64,000 nucleotides of DNA, taken from contig CAZGKM010000002.1 of the NCBI GenBank assembly GCA_964526325.1, positions 14,725 to 78,724 of the forward strand. The letters run 5' to 3'. Each line of letters opens with the position of its first letter. The stretch's first letter is position 1. The position numbers were made by a program, and so were the translations under genes. Source of the stretch: an uncultured Gammaproteobacteria bacterium (GTDB lineage: Bacteria; Patescibacteriota; Patescibacteriia; Patescibacteriales; GWC2-42-12). This document shows positions 18,080-27,300 of this stretch, in pieces. The notes beneath the pieces were generated by a model. That model saw only the letters and a list, made by a program, of their open reading frames with translations, had not been told where the DNA came from and made no database searches.

Positions 18080-18122
18080 ATAGACACTAACTTAACGAAT
18101 AAATACTAAATAAACGAATGTA

Positions 18123-18524
18123 TTATTTAATTTTTCTTTCGTTAGTTAAAATTATTCTTTTTATATATAATTTTAGGCTTCTAAAATTTACAAAAATACC
18201 CAACTCAAAATCGCTAACTTTTAAATAACTATAAATCTGATCAATAAAATTTTTTGGAATAATATCTACCGCCTTAATTTCTAAAATAATTTTATTTTCA
18301 ATCACAAAATCTGGCCTATATACTCCTAATTTTCTACCAGTTAATTTTGATATTATATTAAAACTAGCTTCTCTTTTATATTTAATATTACTCGCTACCA
18401 AAAACTCTTCAATTATATTGCAATAAACTTTTTCTTTATGCCCTGGACCATAAATTTTTCTAGTTTTTATTAAAATTCCTTGAACTTTATAACTTAAATC
18501 TTTGAATAATATTTTATCCTCCAT
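18123..18524 (-). CDS. GxxExxY-family protein (PD-(D/E)xK fold)
   Basis: …YRPDFVIENKIILEIKAV…QIYSYLKVSDFELGIFVNF matches the GxxExxY family pattern. Confidence 0.6.
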   Translation of the reverse strand: MEDKILFKDLSYKVQGILIKTRKIYGPGHKEKVYCNIIEEFLVASNIKYKREASFNIISKLTGRKLGVYRPDFVIENKIILEIKAVDIIPKNFIDQIYSYLKVSDFELGIFVNFRSLKLYIKRIILTNERKIK

Positions 18525-18568
18525 AAATTATTTTCGTTTAATTCGTTTTATATTCGTTTCTTTTGTGT

Positions 18569-19297
18569 CTACTTCCCCACAATTACCACAAACTCCCCCT
18601 TCTGATCGTTAGTATTGGCTTTTATTTTCTCAATAATTTTATTAATCTCTCCGCGATAAACCGTTTCATGCATTTTTGAAAGCTCGCGGCAAACTACGAC
18701 TGATGTTAAATTTATCGGCTTATTTTCCACTTCACCTTTTTTATTCATTTCCGTATTTTCTTCAGCCGCTTTTTTTAATTCTTCAAGAAAATGCACAATC
18801 CGATGTTTTGATTCATAAACTACTACTGGGTAATCGCTTTTTAAAATACGCCTGGTAAAAGTCTGGCGGCCTTTTTTATGGGGAGGAAAACCCATAAAAA
18901 TAAACTTATCGGTCGGCATGCCGGAAATTGAAAGCGATGCAGTTACGGCCGACGGTCCGGGAACCGATTCTATCTCTACGGAGTTATCCAAACTTTCTAA
19001 AACAGCTTGTATTAATCTTCCTCCGGGATCGGAAATTCCTGGCGTGCCGGCGTCCGAAACCAGTGCCAAATTCTTGCCGCCGGATAATAAACCGATTACT
19101 TCCTCCACCTTATTTTCGTTAGAATGCTGATGATAAGAAATAGTCGGCGTATTAATCTTATAATGCGAGAGTAATTTCCTGGTCACGCGCGTATCTTCGC
19201 ATAAAATAAAATCAACTTCGCCTAAAATGCGAAGCGCTCTTAAACTTATATCTTCTAAATTGCCGATTGGCGTGCCAACAATATATAAAGTAGACAT
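18569..19297 (-). CDS. rsmI: 16S rRNA (cytidine1402-2'-O)-methyltransferase
   Basis: LYIVGTPIGNLEDISLRAL…ILCEDTR…LVSDAGTPGISDPG is the tetrapyrrole-methylase-like RsmI signature. I chose the internal Met (MSTLYIVG) as the start. Confidence 0.8.
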   Translation of the reverse strand: MSTLYIVGTPIGNLEDISLRALRILGEVDFILCEDTRVTRKLLSHYKINTPTISYHQHSNENKVEEVIGLLSGGKNLALVSDAGTPGISDPGGRLIQAVLESLDNSVEIESVPGPSAVTASLSISGMPTDKFIFMGFPPHKKGRQTFTRRILKSDYPVVVYESKHRIVHFLEELKKAAEENTEMNKKGEVENKPINLTSVVVCRELSKMHETVYRGEINKIIEKIKANTNDQKGEFVVIVGK

Positions 19298-19299
19298 AA

Positions 19300-19405
19300 A
19301 AAATGACAAATGACTAATTTCCAATGTCAAATAAAATTCAAAACGTAAATATTAAAATAAAATTATATTTACATTTGCCATTTGACATGGGAAATTTGTC
19401 ATTAT
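19300..19405. repeat. palindromic AATGACAAAT/ATTTGTCATT intergenic element, copy C
   Basis: aaaatgacaaatgactaatttccaatgtcaaat … atttgccatttgacatgggaaatttgtcatt. Confidence 0.6.
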
Positions 19406-19407
19406 TC

Positions 19408-21060
19408 TTACATGATTTCTTCCTTCCTCTCTTTCACGTATTTGGTCCATTCTTCGGCGATATCGACAAAAATTTTAAACGGCGCTTCAATAATAAAATC
19501 CAAAATGAAAACGAAAAAATTGATGCGGGAAAATTTTTCATTAAGCCATTTGCCAACTTCAATTATCGGCACATAGAAAAAATCCGTAATAAAGGAAAAG
19601 ATGTTTTCCCGGCTCTCGACAATATACATTTCGCGCGCCACCTTCCTGATTCTTAAACTAAAAAAGCTGACTAAGGTTAAAAAGAAAAGGAAAATTATAA
19701 TACTGACAAAATTAAAATGAATTCTATCCAAAAGATAAATTACCAGCCCGAAAGTTATAAAAAAAGTAATAGTATAAATCGCGGTAAAAGTGGCGCTAAC
19801 GCCTTGGCCGCGCTTTGACGGCTGCCTTAATACTATCGGTTCTTTACGCTCTTTTTCTTTAAATACTATTTCTTCAACGCCTTGGACAATTTTTTGAGTG
19901 TTGACTTCCGACGGCGTCCTGGTGCAAAGCACTATTAAAAATAATAACAGGGGCGGAAAAGTTATATTTATGGCCAAAGAATTATAATTTAATATCTCGC
20001 CCATCCAAATTGTAACCGGCACTTCAAGTATAAAGGCTAAAACCATTTTGGTTAAAAATATATAAATAATGCTTCTGACCGCGGCTCGGCGTAATTTTAT
20101 CTTGGCTTCATGATACCTTTTTTGCGTAAACTTTTTAACTAAACGAGGAAAAGCTTTGGGATCGTTTTTAAAACTTTCGTAAACTCCCACCGGATCATCG
20201 CTTACCACGTCATTTAAAATCGTAAAATAAACCGCGTAGCGATTAACGATTTTATTTAACTGCGCGATTAGCGGATGATTCATCTGCGCGTCGATTTCCG
20301 ACTTCATGGCTTCCAAGCGGTTGGCTAAATATTGTATTTCTTTATCAGTAGCTTTAGACCAATTGGCATTATAATATTTAAGCAATAAAAACTCCAGCAT
20401 GTCGTTGTCGAATTTCATAAAAATCCGATTGATGCTAAGATATATTTGAATTTCTCTGTCCGGTTGGTAAGTTGAGCCGTCCGGCAATGCGATGTGTTCG
20501 GACAATAATTCGTAGATATTGCCAATAGCGGTTTGCATAACCGGATTAACATCTAATTTTTCTTCAATTTCCGCCGCCGCTAAAGTAAAAATCCAGCGGC
20601 CGATTTTATTTCTGGTTTTTTCATCGGCGATCCCCGGCAAGCCTAAAGTTCTTAAGCTTAAATATTTTTTTATAACAATGGCCGTTTCGCTAATCTTAGT
20701 TTCCGGTAATTTATTATTCGGCAAATAACCGGCTCTAATTAATTCAAGCAGTAAATTTTTAGCGACCTCCTCGGCATTAATAGCTTTTAACGAACCTTCT
20801 ATTACGACTTGTCTCTTTAAATTTCTTAAAATAGAATTTTTTCTTAATAAATATTCCTCTTTATAATCAACCGAATTACGAATTTTTTCATAATAAAAAG
20901 CCAGCCGGGAAATCAACTCGGAAACTTTTATTTTTGGCATATCATTATCTTCTTCTGGCTTGTTCTTTTCGCGGTAGATTACTTGAAATAATTTTTTAGC
21001 GCTTTCATTGGGAGTAAAAATCACTTCTTCTTTCTTTGAAATAGTTGGATTTAAAGGCAT
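19408..21060 (-). CDS. hypothetical protein with C-terminal multi-pass membrane region
   Basis: 550 aa with a soluble helical N-terminal half and four or more TM helices in the C-terminal third. I recognise no confident family. Confidence 0.4.
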   Translation of the reverse strand: MPLNPTISKKEEVIFTPNESAKKLFQVIYREKNKPEEDNDMPKIKVSELISRLAFYYEKIRNSVDYKEEYLLRKNSILRNLKRQVVIEGSLKAINAEEVAKNLLLELIRAGYLPNNKLPETKISETAIVIKKYLSLRTLGLPGIADEKTRNKIGRWIFTLAAAEIEEKLDVNPVMQTAIGNIYELLSEHIALPDGSTYQPDREIQIYLSINRIFMKFDNDMLEFLLLKYYNANWSKATDKEIQYLANRLEAMKSEIDAQMNHPLIAQLNKIVNRYAVYFTILNDVVSDDPVGVYESFKNDPKAFPRLVKKFTQKRYHEAKIKLRRAAVRSIIYIFLTKMVLAFILEVPVTIWMGEILNYNSLAINITFPPLLLFLIVLCTRTPSEVNTQKIVQGVEEIVFKEKERKEPIVLRQPSKRGQGVSATFTAIYTITFFITFGLVIYLLDRIHFNFVSIIIFLFFLTLVSFFSLRIRKVAREMYIVESRENIFSFITDFFYVPIIEVGKWLNEKFSRINFFVFILDFIIEAPFKIFVDIAEEWTKYVKERKEEIM

Positions 21061-21196
21061 ATTATTTATCTACAAATTTATTCTATGGCTAATAACTATA
21101 ATATATAATAGCATTTATCACCTGAAAAATCAATCTAAACAAAAATTAAAGCGGGATAATTTTCCCGCCTTAATGGTTGGTTATTTAACTGTTTTG

Positions 21197-21424
21197 TTAA
21201 AATTTAAAATGCTTTTCGATTTCTTTTTTTACCCACCAGGCCTTATAGGCCAGATAAAAAAACATATAAGCAACGATTATAACCAAAAGACCTATAATAA
21301 GCCTTAGAAAAAAATCCGTCCAAACGATTAAAATTGCGGACATAATTAAAATTAAACCGGACACGACAAAATGAATAACCACGCCGTTTGCTGCCATCTT
21401 GATTTTTTTAAATAAATTTTGCAT
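21197..21424 (-). CDS. small hypothetical membrane protein
   Basis: 75 aa with two TM helices. The call rests only on ORF structure and position. Confidence 0.3.
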   Translation of the reverse strand: MQNLFKKIKMAANGVVIHFVVSGLILIMSAILIVWTDFFLRLIIGLLVIIVAYMFFYLAYKAWWVKKEIEKHFKF

Positions 21425-21465
21425 AAATTTTAAAAATACATTTTAGAGAATATATTTATAAGAAA

Positions 21466-21840
21466 TTATTTATTAAGTAATAAGTCTAAAAAATAAGGAA
21501 AAAATATAATTGCGCCGGTGATAATCGCCGCTAAAGACGCCAACAACACTCCGGCCGCCATAATATCTTTAATTTCTTTGACATAAGTATTAATCCTGGG
21601 CTTTAAAACATCGGTGATGCGTTCTACCGCGCTGTTGGCAATCTCCGCCACTAATACCAGACATACTACTAGCGTTAAAATCGCCCATTCAATCCGGTTA
21701 ATGGAAAAATAAAAACCTAAAATTAAAACAGCCAAGCTGGCGAAAGTTTGAATTTTTAAATTTTGTTCTTCGCGAAAAGTTTTAAATAATCCCTTATAAG
21801 CGTAGCCGAAACTTTTAAACAATCTGGTTATTTTTATCAT
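21466..21840 (-). CDS. dgkA: diacylglycerol kinase / undecaprenol kinase family
   Basis: 124 aa with three TM helices. …VVCLVLVAEIANSAVERITD… matches the prokaryotic DAGK motif. It follows ybeY, as is common. Confidence 0.7.
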   Translation of the reverse strand: MIKITRLFKSFGYAYKGLFKTFREEQNLKIQTFASLAVLILGFYFSINRIEWAILTLVVCLVLVAEIANSAVERITDVLKPRINTYVKEIKDIMAAGVLLASLAAIITGAIIFFPYFLDLLLNK

Positions 21841-22316
21841 AAATATTTTTTTATAAATTTCTCCCCGATTTTTATCATTTCCTCCCGATCTTTTTCCGTT
21901 TCATCGTTATAACCCAATAGATGCAATAGGCCATGCACCAAGATAAAAATCATTTCTTTTTTTGCGCTGTTATTAAAACGGGCGGCTTGCCTTTTAATTT
22001 GGCTATAATCAATGATAATTTCTCCGAAATAATCGCCATCGCCGGCTTGCCCAATTAAATCGCCCTCGGCGCTATTTAACGGGGAGAATGACAGAACGTC
22101 GGTTGCTTTGCTTAAGCCGCGATAAGTAAGATTTAATTTTTTCATTTCAGCATCGTCAACAAAGGCTAAAGAAATTTCCTTATTTTTATTTATTTTATAA
22201 ACTCTGGCAAAAATTTTAATAACATTTTCCGCCAATTTTAAATCAATTTTATCATCAGTCTGATTATTAATTCCGATTTTCACCCCGTTAGAATTTTTAT
22301 TTTGTTCTTTCATCAC
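21837..22316 (-). CDS. ybeY: rRNA maturation RNase YbeY
   Basis: Metal-binding motif HGLLHLLGYNDE (the H3xH5xH family signature). Confidence 0.8.
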   Translation of the reverse strand: MMKEQNKNSNGVKIGINNQTDDKIDLKLAENVIKIFARVYKINKNKEISLAFVDDAEMKKLNLTYRGLSKATDVLSFSPLNSAEGDLIGQAGDGDYFGEIIIDYSQIKRQAARFNNSAKKEMIFILVHGLLHLLGYNDETEKDREEMIKIGEKFIKKYL

Positions 22317-22363
22317 ATTAATATTTTATTTTAATAAATTTCAACGGGGTTCATATCAGATTC

Positions 22364-23395
22364 TTAATCTTTTAAATTAAACGATTTAACCATCATCTGA
22401 AAAATATTAAAATATTCCAAAACGTTTCCGCCGCCAGGATTATAAGTTAAGCTGAATATATAATTTTGTTTATTATCGATTAAATATATATTTAAACCAT
22501 CAGGGCTTTTAATGCCCAGCCAATTAGAACCGCTTACCCTATCCGCATCACTAATAGTTAAAACTCCAAGCTGTTCAATGTACCACTGATCAAGCATCTG
22601 CTTATCAACATTAGGCTGGACTATAACCTGCACAAACTGATTATCGTCTGTTTTAAACATTAATGAATCGTCTCCGCCGTTTATGCTGGTTTGCCAGGCG
22701 GAGGGATAAAGCAAGCCATAAGCAAAAGTTTTATTCTCATAAAGAGAAATATTGGAATTAGCGGTTAATTCTCCCGCGCCGGCCGGATTATATAAATTAA
22801 TAAGTTCGGAGCCGTCCAAATAACCATCGCCGTCGGTATCGGGCGTAGTTGAACTGGTGTTTAGAAGAATCTCTTCAATATCTGTTAAGCCGTCATTATC
22901 GCCATCCGTACCAACGCGTAAACTAAGCTCTGCTGTTCCCGGGCCAATCTCGACAGTGGTAGTAGCTATGGTTGTTGTTGCGATTTCATCGTCAAGAAGT
23001 AAAGTTGTTGGCTGGGTACCGGTAGCGGTTGCGGTTATGGTGCTAGGAGCTTCGGATTTTTGTTCAACTTTTTCTTCTATCTGATTACTCTGCTCTGGCT
23101 GATTATTTTCCGTAATTAAAGACGGTTCTTGGGTTATTACTACGGTAGGCTTTCTAAATAAAAAATAATATATTGCCGCTGAAGCTACCAATAAGATTAC
23201 CGCTCCACCGATAATTATTATTAAACCTGTAGTTTTAGCGCTATCCTGTTTAACCGGCTGATTACGAAAAGTGTCCGGCATAACATGAATAGCTATTTTA
23301 TCGTCTTTAATCTGCTCCTTTTGCTCCGGCTCGGTAACTTTTTCTTTGATTTCTTTCAACTCTTCAGGCTTGTTTTTTTTGAAAAAATTAAACAT
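22364..23395 (-). CDS. single-pass membrane protein with extracellular Ca-binding TSP3-like repeats
   Basis: Cytoplasmic N-terminus, TM helix (GLIIIIGGAVILLVASAAIYYFLF), a Thr/Pro-rich linker, then DGDNDGLTDIEE and DTDGDGYLDGSE motifs. Confidence 0.5.
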   Translation of the reverse strand: MFNFFKKNKPEELKEIKEKVTEPEQKEQIKDDKIAIHVMPDTFRNQPVKQDSAKTTGLIIIIGGAVILLVASAAIYYFLFRKPTVVITQEPSLITENNQPEQSNQIEEKVEQKSEAPSTITATATGTQPTTLLLDDEIATTTIATTTVEIGPGTAELSLRVGTDGDNDGLTDIEEILLNTSSTTPDTDGDGYLDGSELINLYNPAGAGELTANSNISLYENKTFAYGLLYPSAWQTSINGGDDSLMFKTDDNQFVQVIVQPNVDKQMLDQWYIEQLGVLTISDADRVSGSNWLGIKSPDGLNIYLIDNKQNYIFSLTYNPGGGNVLEYFNIFQMMVKSFNLKD

Positions 23396-23442
23396 ATTAT
23401 ATTAAATAACCCCAACGCGAGCGAATAGGGCGTTTGATTAAT

Positions 23443-24129
23443 TTATTCTTTTATTTCATACAGCTTCCCCTGACCATTAGGATTAAAATTATTTTTAATT
23501 TCTTCTCCATCATTAAAACCGTCTCCGTCAGTATCCGCCTTTAAAGGATCCGTTAAATACACTTTTACTTCTTCGCGGTCAGTCAATCCGTCATGATCGG
23601 TGTCAGGATCGTTTGGATTAATGCCAAGCCCAACCTCTTCTTCGTCGGATAAGCCGTCCTGGTCGCTGTCGACCGGCTGAATAACCTCAGGCTGAATCGG
23701 CTGATTAATAACATTATTATTTTCTACCGGCTCCGGAATTTCCGGAGTAACCGGAACTTCTGGCGCAATTTGATTATTATTAATTTCTTCTTTAATCTCA
23801 TTATTAACCGCCGCTGCATCCCTATTCATCAGCCTATAGCCAAAATAACCGCCGCCAATCAGAATAACCAAACCGACCAATATAAAACCGGCAATCAAGC
23901 CTTTGTTTTTTAGCCAGCTGTCATCTGGCGGTATAACCGTCCCTATTGTCGGTGAAGAATTATTTTCTTTTGGTCTAAGCACTTCGGGCTTAACGATCTT
24001 ATCCACCTCGGAAAAAATGTCTTCGGTTTTAGGCGGCAAAGTCTTCGCCACGAGATCTGGCCGAGGGACGCCGGTCGGTTGAGCGTCGCTCCCCGACATA
24101 GCATTCTGATTATCTAATTCGTCAAACAT
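23443..24129 (-). CDS. single-pass membrane protein with Pro-rich linker and TSP3-like Ca-binding repeats
   Basis: TM helix, a PEVPVTPEIPEP linker, then DSDQDGLSDEEE, DTDHDGLTDREE and DTDGDGFNDGEE repeats. Confidence 0.5.
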   Translation of the reverse strand: MFDELDNQNAMSGSDAQPTGVPRPDLVAKTLPPKTEDIFSEVDKIVKPEVLRPKENNSSPTIGTVIPPDDSWLKNKGLIAGFILVGLVILIGGGYFGYRLMNRDAAAVNNEIKEEINNNQIAPEVPVTPEIPEPVENNNVINQPIQPEVIQPVDSDQDGLSDEEEVGLGINPNDPDTDHDGLTDREEVKVYLTDPLKADTDGDGFNDGEEIKNNFNPNGQGKLYEIKE

Positions 24130-24140
24130 AAAATTATTTA

Positions 24141-24306
24141 AGGGACTATCACCGAATGCTCTTTCGAGTATAAATTTTCATAATTTTGAAAAAATTTTTT
24201 ATAAAATTTTAGAAACGATATAAACTATATCGTCGAATAAATTTTATATAAAAATTTACCGAAATTTGGAAATTTAGGCCGAATACGGCATTCGGCGATA
24301 GTCCCT
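24141..24306. repeat. 19-bp inverted repeat pair (agggactatcaccgaatgc … gcattcggcgatagtccct, 18/19 complementary) flanking a ~130-bp AT-rich segment
   Basis: Seen directly. It sits between the giant surface-protein gene stop and the start of the downstream TSP3-repeat gene. The enclosed segment has nested palindromes (acgatata-aac-tatatcgt; ccgaat-acggc-attcgg). Confidence 0.6.
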
Positions 24307-24315
24307 AATTATAAA

Positions 24316-27300
24316 TTATAATATTGTTAAATTAATTTCCTCCGACTTATCGCTTTCGTTAGCCTTAAGGTCTAAAGATGAAACCGCGAAATAATATGTA
24401 ACTCCGGCGCTTAAATTATTTATGGTAATTTCGCATTGTCCGGTTGCAGCCGAGCACTTATTTTTTTCAAGATTAACCGATGCGCCTAAAGAACCGCTCT
24501 CGGCGCCGAAATAAATTTTATAAATTGCCGTATCGTCCGTATTGGCTTGCCAAGTAATTACCGCTTTGCCGGCGCCGGCCGTACCGGCTAAATTTTGCGG
24601 AATCTGCGGCGGCCAAACATCCGCCGGAATAAAATTAGTTTCATTGGAATAGCTGCTCTCGGCGCCGCTTTTGTATTTAGCCGTAACCGCGAAATAATAT
24701 TTAACGCCATTGGTTAGATTGCTTATAACAACCGGGTTGGCGATTGTACCAGGATCGGCAACCGAAATCGACTGGCTATAGCCGCCTGATTTAGTGCCGT
24801 AATAAACCAAATATTTATCGAAAATTTGTCCGGTGGGTACAGAAATAGCCTGCCAAGTCAAACCGGCTTTACCGCCTTGCTTAATCGTATCATTAGTCGT
24901 AGTGGCTAAATTTGATGCGATATCCGGCGTATCTTCTCTGAAAAAATAAAACTCTTTTATAATATTCTGCTCGGCTGAAGAACCGCGGATTACGGCCTTG
25001 TCACTTAAAATAGGCGGGAAATCGTCGGCCGTTCCGGCTTCCCCGGTATCACGGCAATAATATAATTCAAAATTAGTGCCCGAACAACCACCGGCTACGG
25101 TAGTGCAATTACTTGACGCATCGCGCCACGGCTCCCAACTGCCATCATCTTTAAACGGCGGCCAAGGATTAGCGCATAAAAAGACATAAACATCCGCAGC
25201 ATTTTCTTTAAATTGACCAACGGTTGATATCTTGCCAACCGCATCCTGCGTAATGGTAGTTTTGACATGAAGCAAGGTATTAGCTTCCTTGACGTTTTGA
25301 GCAACCAGCGTTTGAACAGGATTGTCATCAAGAGCATTTTCTCCATTTATAAACTTAGCTACCGACTTATCGTCTATCAACCAATCCCAGCGCCAGTTAT
25401 AAACATTTTCAATCGGCATGACCGGCTGAGTGGGCGAAAAATATGCCGTAGCGCGGAAAACTTTATCAACATCTCTTATGGTATCATAAGCGGCATTAGC
25501 CGAATCGTCATCGGCCGGATCGTTCACTACGGTATTAAATAAATAACCCGACGGATTAATGGCGACATAATTAACAAAACAAACTCCTTTGTTATCCGCC
25601 GTTTCCGCTTTAGTGGTGAACGACCAAATTTTTCCTTTAAAATTTACGCCGTTAAAAATTTCTTCATCGGTAGTTTTTAAGCCTATGCCCGACTGGCTTA
25701 AAACTCCGTTGTTCATAGCGTCAGAAACATCGGAGTCGCCTTTAATTATAACATAATATTTTCGATTTGCCTCTAAAATTTTCTGCAGCCTAAATTCCAA
25801 TACGGTTGTTTCATTGGCTTGAATATAACCCTTGACCATCCCCGGAACAGCGCAAAAATTTCCTGCCATAGCTTGGGCTTGATTAATAAAAAATTTATTG
25901 AATATCGGTAGGCCGGCCAACCAGTTGGTTAATTTAACAAACAGTCCCGGCTTATAAATCGCGGTTAAATATTTAGTATTGGCCGGGCATTGGTCAGAGC
26001 CATATTCGCCGGCCACGATAATATTACCGTTAAAAGTGTCGGTCCTCATGGGCTGATCAAAAGTAACTTTTACCAGGCTGTTGCGGCAAACATCAACGGC
26101 TCCGGCGGCCGGTACGGTTTCAATCACGTTCGGCCTGGCATGGCAGCAGGTATCGTTGCCGCAACCAACAGAATTAGCATCTCCGCATTCGCTGTCTTGA
26201 CTGCAACCGCAGCAAAGCCCGCGCTTATCGCCGCTGCAAGGCGCTTGGTTGGGTTTGCAAATTAAGGAGGAGTTCAAGCTTGCGCAGCTATCTAGCGCCG
26301 CGAAAGGATCGCAACAGCAAGTACCGCAATTTGAAGGCACCGGACCGGTACCATCCTCGTTTAAACAAGCAAAGCCGACGCATTTATTGATATCGCAACT
26401 TTGCGTTGTCATGGCGCTCTCAAAGCAAGTATTGCCGAATTGCGCGGCAGGCTTACATTTATTATCACATTCGGCTAAAGTAGCGTAACTCGGCGAACTG
26501 GAGGAAGCGACGGCTATATTGGAGCAGCTGCCGGCGCCGCATTCATAATAAGCGCAATAATTATAGGCCGGAAGGCCGGTGGCATATGGCGCTTCCCCGC
26601 CGCGGCAAGCATTTTTATTTTTAGCATCAACACAGCAAGTACCCACGCCTAAACCGCTGCATGTAGCCGCGCTGCTAATCTGAGCGCAGTCTTGGCAAAC
26701 GCCGCTCGGATTAGCGCTGTCAATCAAGCAAAATTTACCGCTGGTACCGCTACAATTGCATGCTTCGTTATGTTCTATTTGAGTCGTGCCAACGCCGGCG
26801 CAGCCGGAACAACGGCCGTAAGTATTGGTATTGGCGGTTATATCACTGCCACATTTACCTTCGCATTTTAAAGGCGAGCAGCAATCTTCGCCGTCATGGC
26901 CGATGCGGCAGCAGCATTCGCAGCTGGCACTGTCGCTTTTTGTGCATTTATTATCACTGCCGCAAATTGAACCGATAGGACAAAGGCTTTGTTCAACCGC
27001 GCAGATACCGACAATCGCGCCGGACGTTTCCTTTATGCATTTAAAGCCGGTATCGCAAGCCGAACAGGTTGTATTATTTTCCATGCAGCGTCCGCCGAAA
27101 ATACTCGTCCACCCGCTGGGACAAGAGGTGCTAATCGTTATAATCCATCTATTTTCTCCGCCATAAGCCAGACAACTGGCCGTGGAAGTTGCGGCAATAT
27201 CGCTAAGCGTATAATTAACTACTTTAGGCAGACCGCAAGTTTGATTCTTTTTAGCGCATTTATCTACATTTAATTTATATTCGCACAAATCGGTTTTACA

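Noticed and set aside
19408-21060. Tentative identification of the 550-aa membrane protein as a Gcr-like 'site-specific recombinase' family member
   Set aside because: The idea rests only on overall size and topology resemblance. I cannot see diagnostic motifs, so I left it as hypothetical.
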